A stretch of DNA of 41,007 nt from Thermoanaerobaculia bacterium (GCA_035519355.1 DATIWM010000232.1:1-41007); one strand, 5' to 3'; shown: positions 25,325 to 33,437, counted from the stretch's first letter. Numbers and translations: made by a program. Notes: generated from the letters alone by a model not told the origin.

Positions 25325-26125
25325 GTGAGTTCGGCGGCTGGAGAGACCCCCGCGCCTGGGCCCTCGTTCTTTGACGACATCGCGAGGGACTACGACGCCC
25401 AGATGTCCCGCGTGCCGGGCGATCTCTGGATGCGCGAGGCGTTCCAGGAATTCGTGATCCGCGGGCTCGCTCCGGGGGAGGTCGTGCTGGATTTCGGCTG
25501 CGGCACGGGCGTCGACGCCCGGGTCTACTCCGAGCGGGGGTTCCGGGTGATCGGATACGACTCCTCGGTGGCGATGACGCAGGTGGCGGCGAATCGCTGC
25601 GGGACCGGCATCGGCGGAAACCTCGTCGAGATCTTCAGCGGCCCGTACGAAGAGTTCCTGGGGAGACCCTGGTCGAGGACCCCACCGTCCGCCATCGTCT
25701 CGAACTTCGCGGTCCTGAATCTCGTCCCCTCGCTTCGCGCCGCCTTCGCGCGCTTTCACGAGATCCTTCAGCCGGGCGGGAGCGTCTTTCTGAGCCTTCT
25801 CAACCCCTGTTACGTCCGGAATCTCGTGACCCCCGGGCTCCGGCGTCTCTTCTTTCGGGCCCTCCGGCACGGGATCACGGAGTTCCCTTCGGCGAAGGTT
25901 CCGACGCTCCTCTACCGCGAGCGCTTCGTGAGGCAGGCGGCGGAACCGTTTTTCGCGCTGGACCTTCGGGCCGGGGTCGGCGCCGTCGTGAACCACGCGG
26001 CGATCGCCGGATCGTGGCGCGAGCCCCGGGGGTGGCGAGAACGGATCGAGCACCGGTTCTCCTCCACGCGCGTCCTGGCCGGCGCCGGCAAGTTCACGTT
26101 CCTGAAGCTTCGAAGGCGCGGGTGA
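25325..26125 (+). CDS. Class I SAM-dependent methyltransferase 4
   Basis: GTG start with GGGAGGGAG upstream. Motif I is VLDFGCGTGVDARVYSERGFRVIGYDSS, with later motifs IVSNFAVLNLV and LQPGGSVFLSLLNP. Confidence 0.8.
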   Translation: MSSAAGETPAPGPSFFDDIARDYDAQMSRVPGDLWMREAFQEFVIRGLAPGEVVLDFGCGTGVDARVYSERGFRVIGYDSSVAMTQVAANRCGTGIGGNLVEIFSGPYEEFLGRPWSRTPPSAIVSNFAVLNLVPSLRAAFARFHEILQPGGSVFLSLLNPCYVRNLVTPGLRRLFFRALRHGITEFPSAKVPTLLYRERFVRQAAEPFFALDLRAGVGAVVNHAAIAGSWREPRGWRERIEHRFSSTRVLAGAGKFTFLKLRRRG

Positions 26126-26168
26126 AGGAATCCCGGAGTCCCACGCGACCCTCGCGGCACCCCGAGCC

Positions 26169-27140
26169 ATGAAAGAGGCCCTCAAACGGCTGATCTTCGG
26201 AGCGCACCGGATATCGCAGTGGTGCGCCGTCGGCGTCCAGGACCCTTCCCGTCTCTTTCGCCTCTCCCTCGAAGACGGGACGCTCTCCGTCGACGTGACC
26301 GAGACGAGCTCGGTGGCCGCCTTGCGGCCCGTGACGTTGGCGATCCGCACCGGGGACCGAATTCCCCGGTACGCCCTCGAGAGCAGCCGGTTCGTCCTGA
26401 AGGTACGCCCCTCGGCGGCCGACGACTGGGTGGGCGAGATCACTCTTCGTTACCTGAGGGACGTGAGGACGGACGTGGCGGGAATCTCCCTCTTCACGGT
26501 CGCTTCTCACCGGAACCGCTCCCTTCCGCCGGTGACCTATCTCCGCTTCCGCCTCCGGCAGCGGTGGGAGATTTTCCGTGACAAGACGCCCTACAACTTC
26601 CGGATGATCCCCTCGGAACTCTTTGCGCTCTACGTCTTCTACTACGTCCCCCGGCCGGTCTATCTCGTTTCCGTGGCGTTCGAGGGGGCGTCCAACATCT
26701 TCCCGATGGACCTCGTCGGCCGAATGGGGGACGACCTGTTCCTTCTGGCCCTGCGGAGCACGAGCCCCGCGATCCGGCTCATGACGGGCTCGAAGCGCCT
26801 CGCGCTGACGGCCGTGCCGTTCGAGGAGAAGGACGTGGCCTACCGGCTCGGTACGCACCACAAGAAGGAGACGATCGACTGGGACACGCTTCCCTTTCGA
26901 GGGATCCCGTCCCCTCACTTCGGCCTTCAGGTCCCGGCCTCGGCGCTCGGCCTTCGCGAGGTCGAGGTCGTGACGACCGACGTGGTGAGCACCCACGTTC
27001 TCTTCGTCACGAGGATCGTCCGCGACGAGAGGTGGCGGGAGGGCCGGCAGCTCTGCCACATCCCCGGCATCCTGCGCGAGGTCCTCACGGGCGCCTCCCC
27101 GTCCCTGGCCGCGGGCCACGAAATCGACGGGCTTTCATGA
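26169..27140 (+). CDS. Hypothetical protein; C-terminal half resembles a flavin-reductase-like FMN-binding split-barrel domain
   Basis: 323 aa with protein-like composition. Residues about 150-300 (VSVAFEGASNIFPMDLVG...LALRSTSPAIRLM...ALGLREVEVVTTDVVSTHVLFVTRIVRDE) match my recollection of the Flavin_Reduct (PF01613) layout. The N-terminal 140 aa are unrecognised. Confidence 0.45.
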   Translation: MKEALKRLIFGAHRISQWCAVGVQDPSRLFRLSLEDGTLSVDVTETSSVAALRPVTLAIRTGDRIPRYALESSRFVLKVRPSAADDWVGEITLRYLRDVRTDVAGISLFTVASHRNRSLPPVTYLRFRLRQRWEIFRDKTPYNFRMIPSELFALYVFYYVPRPVYLVSVAFEGASNIFPMDLVGRMGDDLFLLALRSTSPAIRLMTGSKRLALTAVPFEEKDVAYRLGTHHKKETIDWDTLPFRGIPSPHFGLQVPASALGLREVEVVTTDVVSTHVLFVTRIVRDERWREGRQLCHIPGILREVLTGASPSLAAGHEIDGLS

Positions 27141-28187
27141 CCCGCGCATCAGCTCCCGGGACCTCCGGAAGACCTCGTCGACGCTGACCCGCATCAGACA
27201 GAGAAGGTCTTCCCGGCCGCAGACGGGCTGCAGACAGGCGCCGCATTCGAGATCCTCACTGTAGAAGCCTGCGGCGTTCGGCCCTTCCGGACGGCTCCAC
27301 GAGGAGCGGCTCGAGCCGAAGAGGGCCAGAGTCGGCACGCCCTGCACCCAGGCGAGGTGCATCAGTCCCGAATCGTCACTGACGACGAGCGACGCCAGAG
27401 ACATGACGGCGAGCGCGACGGCCGGGGTCGTGGCGCCCGCAAGATCAAGAAGACTCTCCCCCAGGGCCTCGCGCAGCGCGACGAAGCGTGGCGGCACGGG
27501 GGTGGCGGCGAGCGACATGAGCTGGCACCCCTCTCGTTCGAGGCGGCGCCCGAGCTCCACGTAGCGCTCGAGGGGCCATTGCTTCGTCTTCCACCCTCCG
27601 GCCGGATTGAGGCAGACGAGGGGCCGCGCCTCATCCCGTCCGGCTCCCGCGAGAAGCTCGCGCGCCTCGGCGAGCGGCCCCGGCTTCACGTGCGATGCGA
27701 GCACGGGATCGAGTCGTCCCAGGCCGATCCACTCGGCCGCATCGAGGTACCGTGTCAGCGCGGTCCGGGGCGCGTGCCGGTCGAAGCCGACCCAGGCTCC
27801 GGGCGCGAGAAGCCGCGTCAGGAAGCGCGACCAGCGGTTGCGCTGAAGGTCGAGGACGGCCGGGACGCGGTGCCGTCGCAGCGCGAGCGCGACGCGGAGG
27901 ATGGAAAGTCCCTTGGGGATCTTCGGGCGGCGCGCGTCGATCGAAAAGACGGAGTCGACGTCCCGGTGGGCGGCGAAGAGCTCCCGGGAGCGGACATCGG
28001 TCACGACGTCGATTCGGGCTTCCGGGAGTCGGCGCCGAAGCGCGGCGATCAGCGGCAACGTGATGGCCGTGTCGCCGAACGCGTGAAGGCGGATGACGAC
28101 GAGCCGCCCCGGATCCGACGTCCCCGCGAGCGGAACGCCGATCAGTCCGTCGGGGCTGAAGGGAGGGACGGGGAACGGCCCGGACAT
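27135..28187 (-). CDS. Glycosyltransferase family 9 (heptosyltransferase-like, RfaF/WaaC type)
   Basis: Track ORF 27135..28337 trimmed to the ATG at 28187 (MSGPFPV...). The GT9 N-terminal signature is LVVIRLHAFGDTAITLPLIAALRRRLPEARIDVVT, with C-terminal VVSDDSGLMHLAWVQGVPTLALFG. It overlaps the preceding convergent gene by 6 nt. Confidence 0.8.
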   Translation of the reverse strand: MSGPFPVPPFSPDGLIGVPLAGTSDPGRLVVIRLHAFGDTAITLPLIAALRRRLPEARIDVVTDVRSRELFAAHRDVDSVFSIDARRPKIPKGLSILRVALALRRHRVPAVLDLQRNRWSRFLTRLLAPGAWVGFDRHAPRTALTRYLDAAEWIGLGRLDPVLASHVKPGPLAEARELLAGAGRDEARPLVCLNPAGGWKTKQWPLERYVELGRRLEREGCQLMSLAATPVPPRFVALREALGESLLDLAGATTPAVALAVMSLASLVVSDDSGLMHLAWVQGVPTLALFGSSRSSWSRPEGPNAAGFYSEDLECGACLQPVCGREDLLCLMRVSVDEVFRRSRELMRGS

Positions 28188-28233
28188 CGCGGGGAATGCT
28201 ACGCGCGCAGGCCGCGGATTGTTACGATGGTGC

Positions 28234-29352
28234 GTGCGCGTGGCGCTCGTCGTGCCGGGGGGCGTGGACCGGAGCGGGCAGCAGCGCGTCATCCCGGCTC
28301 TGCTCTGGCTGATCGAGAGGCTCGCCCGTCGGCACACGGTGCACGTCTTCGCGCTCTCGCAGGAGGCAGAGCCGGGGGACTACCCTCTCCTCGGCGCCCA
28401 CGTCCACAACCTCGGCATGCCCTCCCGCTCGGCGTGGCCGGGGCAGGCGCTGCTGCTCGCCGGGCGGAGGCTCCTTCGTGGAGTCGCGCGGCACGGCCCC
28501 TTCGATGTCGTTCACGCCTTCTGGGCGAACAATCCGGGCTTTCTCGCCGCGCTGGCGGCGCGCCGCCGGCACCTGCCCCTCGTGGTGAGCCTCGGCGGAG
28601 GGGAACTCGTGGCCCTCAGCGACATCCAGTACGGCTCCCAGCTCCTCGCCCGGGAGAGGCTGAAGGTCCGGTGGACCCTGCGCAGCGCCTCGCGCGTCAC
28701 GGTCGCCAGCGGCCCCATGGACGAGCTCGCACGCCGCCACGGCGCGACGCCGCAGATCGTCCCTCTCGGCGTCGACGGCGCCTTCTTCGCCGAGTCGACC
28801 CCGGGCGGTCCTCCCTTCCGGCTCCTCCACGTCGGAAGCCTCAATCGCGTCAAGGACCAGGCGACTCTTCTTCGCGCCCTCCGCCGGGTCGTCGACCGCG
28901 GCGAAGACGTTCACCTCGACGTCGTCGGCGAGGACACGCTCGACGGCTCCGTGCAATCGCTCTGCGCCGCTCTTGGTCTCGTGTCTCGCGTGACGTTCCA
29001 CGGGTTCCTTCCGAGCGCCCGGACGCAGCCGCTGTACCGCCTCGCGCACCTCTTCGTTCTGAGCTCCCGTCACGAGGCGGGCCCGCTCGTCGTTCTGGAA
29101 GCCGCCGCGTCCGGGGTACCGACGGTCGGGACCGCCGTGGGACACGTCCGGGACTTCGCCCCGGACCGCGCCCTCGCCGTCGCCGTCGGCGACGACGGCG
29201 CCCTCGCCGAGGGCGTCCTCTCCCTCCTCCGCGACGAGCCGCGGCGACGGGCCATGGGTGCGGCGGCCCGGCGCCAGGCCCGCGAGCACGACGCCGACGC
29301 GACCGCCGCCGCGTTCGAGGAGATCTACCGTCAGGCCGTCGGAGCCCCGTGA
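28234..29352 (+). CDS. Glycosyltransferase family 4 (GT-B, RfaB-like)
   Basis: Track ORF 28093..29352 trimmed to the in-frame GTG at 28234 (VRVALVVPGG...); GTG at 28240 is an alternative. The GT-B E-x7-E region is SSRHEAGPLVVLEAAASGVPTVGTAVG. It is divergent from the GT9 gene across only 46 bp. Confidence 0.8.
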   Translation: MRVALVVPGGVDRSGQQRVIPALLWLIERLARRHTVHVFALSQEAEPGDYPLLGAHVHNLGMPSRSAWPGQALLLAGRRLLRGVARHGPFDVVHAFWANNPGFLAALAARRRHLPLVVSLGGGELVALSDIQYGSQLLARERLKVRWTLRSASRVTVASGPMDELARRHGATPQIVPLGVDGAFFAESTPGGPPFRLLHVGSLNRVKDQATLLRALRRVVDRGEDVHLDVVGEDTLDGSVQSLCAALGLVSRVTFHGFLPSARTQPLYRLAHLFVLSSRHEAGPLVVLEAAASGVPTVGTAVGHVRDFAPDRALAVAVGDDGALAEGVLSLLRDEPRRRAMGAAARRQAREHDADATAAAFEEIYRQAVGAP

Positions 29353-31766
29353 GCGCCGGCGAGAAAACGCCGGATCCGCCGCGCACCGGCCGAAAATTCC
29401 CACGAGTCCCTCACGGCCCGCGCCAGCGCGCGCGGATGCCGAAGAAACGATCGCCAGAACGCGGACCGCGAGATCGGAAGCCCGAATCGCGAGCCGCCGG
29501 GGAACAGGTCGTCGTGCAGCCGGGCAAGCGCGAAGCAGCCCAGTATTCCGCGGCGGAAATAGGAATCGAGGAGGGCCATTCGCGCGAGCACGCGCGGGCC
29601 GACCCAGCCGCCGATCAAGCGGGTGTTCGTGATGGCATCGAACCGGACGAATTGCCCTTGCTTCTCGAGGTTCAGGAGCTTCAAGGTGAAGCCCGCCGCT
29701 TGAACCGCCCGCGTCGCCAGGTCAGCCGTGTCGTGTCCGCGGAAGCGCCCGGGGGCGCCGCCGGCGGTCTCGTCCTCCCGGAACGGGAAGAAGCCGTCCG
29801 GCACCGCGCGCAGGGCCTCGCGATAGGCCGCGACGCGCATGACGACTGCGAACGTCCCGTGGCTGGCCGTCGCCGTGCGCGAGACGCAGGAAACGGCCGC
29901 GACGTTCGGATCCTCCAGCTCGCGAAGGACGTGCCTCCACGGGTCCCGCGAGACCCAGAAGACGTCCGTGTCGACGAAGGCCAGAAAGGGCGTCGTCGCG
30001 CGGGCCAGGGCGTCGTTGTAGGCCTCGTGGAAGTCCCGGCACGCGGGAGATCGCATCAGCAGCGTCACGCCTTCGAGCCGTTCCCCGGAGAGATTCCTCT
30101 CCTCGGAGTCGTCGAAGACCTGCAGGTCCGCGTCGTCCGGCGGGACGGCCCGGGCGATGCTGGCGCGCCAGACCCGCACGAGATCCGGATAGACCGACGC
30201 CGTGTGGATCGTGACGCGACGCCTGCCGTCTGCCGCCGGCGCCGGAGACGCGGGAGGGGGCTGCAGAGGAGCGGTCGTGCGGGGAGACCAATCGCGCGGG
30301 CGGTAGCGCCCGTCCTCTCCGAAGCCGTTGTGCCAGAAGCCTCCGGCCCACGTCCCTCCCTTCCAGTGACTCGACCAGAAGACGCCGCCGCAAAACGTGC
30401 CCGACTTAAAGACGCCTCCGAGCATGACGCCCGACTCGAAGACCCCGCCGTCCCACTCGCACTCGAACAGGACGGCGCCCCGGTTCACCGTCGCGGGGCC
30501 GAAGCGCTCATGGATCCGAAGTTCGCCGGGCCGAAGTACCCGCCCTCGATCCGCGTCCTCCCGGTGGCGCGGCCGCCCGAGGAGACGGCCCGCCCGCCTC
30601 ACGAAGAGGCGGAGCCACGCGGCGGCGAGCCTCGGGCCGGAGGCTTCGGGCGCCACGTTGACCTTCACCTCTTCGGGGGGCGGAAAGACGGACCGGAGGA
30701 GGAAGCGGGCCTTGGCCACGGGAGACTCGATGAGGGACAGCCCCCTCGCCGTCCCCCCTTCGGAGGGACGGGTTCCTCGAAGCGCCGGAACTTCCGACGC
30801 CCGATCGAGCAGCGCCTTCGGCACGTCGCGCCGCAGCGCATCGAGAAATTCCGGAGCGAAGCTCCCCGGGAAGAGCTTCTCGATGACGTGGGCCGCACAG
30901 GCGACCGGCGCCAGACCGGCTCGCCGGTCGGCGTCGGAGAGCACGATCTGGAGAGGACCCGCCGGACGGGAGAGGAGTCGAAAGTCGTGAGCCTGAATGC
31001 CCCGAATCCCGAGCGCAGCAAAGTCCTCGGTCGCGTGGACGAGGAGATGCCTCCGGAGCGCGTTTCCGGTCGAAAGGAGACCGCGTATCCCCTCGCGTTC
31101 GAAGGGCTCCGCCGATGCGAGGAGCTCCTGCGTCAGATCGTAGGCTCTTCCGAGAACGGGGATCCGGAGGGCATAGTGGAGTTCGATCCGGATCGGATTT
31201 TCGGGGTCGGAGCACCCGGGGCGCACGACCTGCTCCCCTTTTCGGGCGAGAACGCGATGGCGCCGGGTGTCGAAGAGCCCCGTCCAGCCGAGAAGCGCGA
31301 GCGCGCGCGCCGCCTCATCCATCCGCCCGGGGTCGGCGAGGAGGAGATCGATATCCCCCATCGGGCGGTGCCCCGGGTCGGCCGTCCCCGCGAGGAGAAG
31401 AGCCGCTCCCTTGAGGGTGACGGCCTCGATCCCCTCGTGGAAGAGCGCCGACGAGACGTGGCCGTAGACCTCGAGCAGCTTCCCGCCCCGCGCCGCCGAC
31501 TGCCGGGCCTCGAACCGATGGAACTCCGCCAGCTCCGGCGGGAGCTCCTCGAGGTCCGGGAGGGTGGCGATCCGCGGGGCGACGCCCTGAAACGCGGAGG
31601 CGAAGGCCGCCAGCTCGACCGCGGAGGCTGCGGGCCGACGTCCGAGCGCCTCGAGAAGCGGGGCGGCCGTCTCCCGCGAGAGGGCGGCGACCGCCGCTTC
31701 GGAGAACCGCCCGAAGCCCGGCTCGCGAGAGAGTCTTTCCCAGTCGAAGCCGCGCGCGCCGAGCAT
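29331..31766 (-). CDS. Three-part fusion protein: N-terminal uncharacterised nucleotidyltransferase (NTP_transf_5/PF14907-like), central GGxF decapeptide repeats, C-terminal GT-A (GT2-like) glycosyltransferase domain
   Basis: 811-aa single ORF. The N-terminus has GHRPMGDIDLLL and IRIELHYAL, typical of PF14907. The centre reads EWDGGVFESGV/MLGGVFKSGT/FCGGVFWSSH/WKGGTWAGGF/WHNGFGEDGR. The C-terminus has VTIHTASVYPDL..., LQVFDDSEE and a DxD-like FVDTDVFW. Confidence 0.65.
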   Translation of the reverse strand: MLGARGFDWERLSREPGFGRFSEAAVAALSRETAAPLLEALGRRPAASAVELAAFASAFQGVAPRIATLPDLEELPPELAEFHRFEARQSAARGGKLLEVYGHVSSALFHEGIEAVTLKGAALLLAGTADPGHRPMGDIDLLLADPGRMDEAARALALLGWTGLFDTRRHRVLARKGEQVVRPGCSDPENPIRIELHYALRIPVLGRAYDLTQELLASAEPFEREGIRGLLSTGNALRRHLLVHATEDFAALGIRGIQAHDFRLLSRPAGPLQIVLSDADRRAGLAPVACAAHVIEKLFPGSFAPEFLDALRRDVPKALLDRASEVPALRGTRPSEGGTARGLSLIESPVAKARFLLRSVFPPPEEVKVNVAPEASGPRLAAAWLRLFVRRAGRLLGRPRHREDADRGRVLRPGELRIHERFGPATVNRGAVLFECEWDGGVFESGVMLGGVFKSGTFCGGVFWSSHWKGGTWAGGFWHNGFGEDGRYRPRDWSPRTTAPLQPPPASPAPAADGRRRVTIHTASVYPDLVRVWRASIARAVPPDDADLQVFDDSEERNLSGERLEGVTLLMRSPACRDFHEAYNDALARATTPFLAFVDTDVFWVSRDPWRHVLRELEDPNVAAVSCVSRTATASHGTFAVVMRVAAYREALRAVPDGFFPFREDETAGGAPGRFRGHDTADLATRAVQAAGFTLKLLNLEKQGQFVRFDAITNTRLIGGWVGPRVLARMALLDSYFRRGILGCFALARLHDDLFPGGSRFGLPISRSAFWRSFLRHPRALARAVRDSWEFSAGARRIRRFLAGAHGAPTA
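30305..30470 (-). repeat. Five tandem about 30-nt (decapeptide) repeats encoding xxGGxFxSGx inside the fusion gene
   Basis: The DNA shows a recurring gaagacg/cccgcc...gac unit, for example gactcgaagaccccgcc, gacttaaagacgcctcc and accagaagacgccgcc. The translation has 10-residue periodicity of GG-x-[FW]. Confidence 0.6.
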
Positions 31767-31778
31767 CGCCCGGAAAGG

Positions 31779-33068
31779 TCAGCGCACCGGCGCCCTCGGC
31801 GCGAGGAACCGGTCGTAAAGGAGCATCAGGGCCGTCGAGACGAAGCCAATGCCGGCAATCCAGAGCCACATCATCTCCGGGTGGCCGGTCCCCCCCGCCT
31901 TGAAGGGGTTGACGTAATGCTCCACGAGCGGCCCGGCGATGGCGCCGGCGACGAAGGTGCCGATGGCGATCGGCAGGAAGGCGAAGCCCATGTACGTCCC
32001 GACCTGCTCCGGCGGGGCGAGGTTGGCCACGTACTCGTAGTAGCGCGGGGACTGGAGCCCCTCGCCGAGGGCGAAGAGCATGATGCCGGCGATCGTGACG
32101 GAGAGCGTCGGCGAGGAGGCCAGGACGAGCCAGCAGACGCTCGCCAGAAGGAACCCGATCGTCATCGCGCGGATCGGCTTGAGCTTCTTGGCGAACGCCG
32201 TGATGGGGATCGTGACGAGGATGATCGCCCAGGCGTCGACGGTCTCGATCAGCTCGAAGCGCGGGAACTTCAGGACGTCGCGGACGTAGAACGGCAGCGA
32301 GTAGAAGACCTGCCAGAACATCGCCCAGAAGCCGGAGAAGATGACGAGAAAGGTCATGAAGCGCAGGTTCCCGAAGACCCGGACCATGTCGAGGAGAACC
32401 CCGGCCATCGACTTCGGCGGCGCGGCGTCGGGGGGACGGGGCGGCTCCCGGAAGAAGAGCAGGGTCGCCACGAAGAGGCAGAAGCTCGTGGCCGACGACA
32501 TGACGAGGACCCACGCGATCCCCACGTTCTCCCTCACCGGGATGGCGAGGATCGGACCGACGGCGCCGCCGATGTTCACCAGCGTGTAGTAGATCGAGTA
32601 ACCGAAGGCCTTGGTCTGGTCGGTCGTGGTCCGGGCGACCGTCCCGACGACGCACGGCTTGATCAGCGACCCGCCGACCGCCGTGACGACGAGGGCGAGG
32701 AGCGTGTAGGTCTTCGGCCCCCCGAAGGCCTCAACGAGCGGGGCGCTGGCGGGGAGGCCCGCCAGCCCGATGAGAAGGTAGCCCGCCGAGAAGATCGCGA
32801 AGCAGGTCATCAGGCTCCGCCGGAAGCCGAACCGGTCGACGACGGTCCCGGCCAGCGGCGGCAGGAGGTAGAGCAGCGTGTTGAAGACGCTCCCCGCCAG
32901 GAGCCCCGCCGTCGTCGGTCCGAGGCCGATGCCGTCCGCGATGTAGACGGCCAGGACCGCCTTCGACGCGTAGTAGGCAAAGCGCTCGAAGAGCTCGAGG
33001 GTGTTGGCGATCCAGAAGGTCTTCGAGAAGCCGGACTTCAGTTCGGCGAGCCGTGCGGCGAGATCCAA
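31779..33068 (-). CDS. POT/PTR2-family proton-dependent oligopeptide transporter (MFS)
   Basis: 429 aa. The ExxERFxYY signature (TLELFERFAYYASK) lies in TM1, and there are about 12 TM helices. The start is TTG at 33068 with AAGGAG 5 nt upstream. The gene ends 12 nt before the fusion gene start. Confidence 0.85.
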   Translation of the reverse strand: MDLAARLAELKSGFSKTFWIANTLELFERFAYYASKAVLAVYIADGIGLGPTTAGLLAGSVFNTLLYLLPPLAGTVVDRFGFRRSLMTCFAIFSAGYLLIGLAGLPASAPLVEAFGGPKTYTLLALVVTAVGGSLIKPCVVGTVARTTTDQTKAFGYSIYYTLVNIGGAVGPILAIPVRENVGIAWVLVMSSATSFCLFVATLLFFREPPRPPDAAPPKSMAGVLLDMVRVFGNLRFMTFLVIFSGFWAMFWQVFYSLPFYVRDVLKFPRFELIETVDAWAIILVTIPITAFAKKLKPIRAMTIGFLLASVCWLVLASSPTLSVTIAGIMLFALGEGLQSPRYYEYVANLAPPEQVGTYMGFAFLPIAIGTFVAGAIAGPLVEHYVNPFKAGGTGHPEMMWLWIAGIGFVSTALMLLYDRFLAPRAPVR

Positions 33069-33152
33069 GCGGTCTCCTTCATGTCGGCGACGCCCGGGAT
33101 CTTCCGGGGCGCCGCGGGCCGCGTCAACCGCCCGCCGCCTCCCGAGGAGGCC

Positions 33153-33437
33153 TCAGCGGCGCTCGCGGCCGACCAGCCAGCCGACGAGAAGGCCGACGAC
33201 GAGGGCTCCGATCGCCATCACGAAAGCGTTCTCGCGGCCCGCCCGGTCCACCGTCCGCCAGCGCCGCTGCAGCTCCCTCCGGACCTTCCGGCCGCGGGCC
33301 TGGGCGCTCTCCAGGGCCTCCTCGACGCGGTCGGCGATGACCTCCGCCAGCTCGCCGCCGCGCCCTTCGGCGTCCTTCAACCCGTCGCGAACCGATCCGA
33401 GAATGTCACGTCCCATGGAAAACCTCTCGGAAAGCAT
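33153..33437 (-). CDS. Small tail-anchored membrane protein, DUF883/ElaB-YqjD-like or YtxH-like
   Basis: 94 aa with ATG at 33437 and GGGAGGG about 7 nt upstream. A charged helical N-terminus is followed by a single C-terminal TM helix (AFVMAIGALVVGLLVGWLVG) ending RERR. Confidence 0.55.
   Translation of the reverse strand: MLSERFSMGRDILGSVRDGLKDAEGRGGELAEVIADRVEEALESAQARGRKVRRELQRRWRTVDRAGRENAFVMAIGALVVGLLVGWLVGRERR

Noticed and set aside
16471-27140. Search for a RiPP precursor peptide gene or RRE/PqqD protein inside the rSAM/MT operon
   Set aside because: Intergenic gaps are 70, 1, 7, 4, 31 and 43 nt, and the other junctions overlap. There is no room for even a 20-aa ORF with its own SD. 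No PqqD-like, cyclase, protease or SPASM domain was recognised. I therefore do not call this a RiPP cluster.
33133-33152. Short stem GCCTCC-tcg-GGAGGC just after the DUF883-like stop, and an imperfect stem around 33096-33120
   Set aside because: The stems are 6 bp or bulged, with no downstream U-run on the minus strand. That is insufficient to call a terminator or attenuator.
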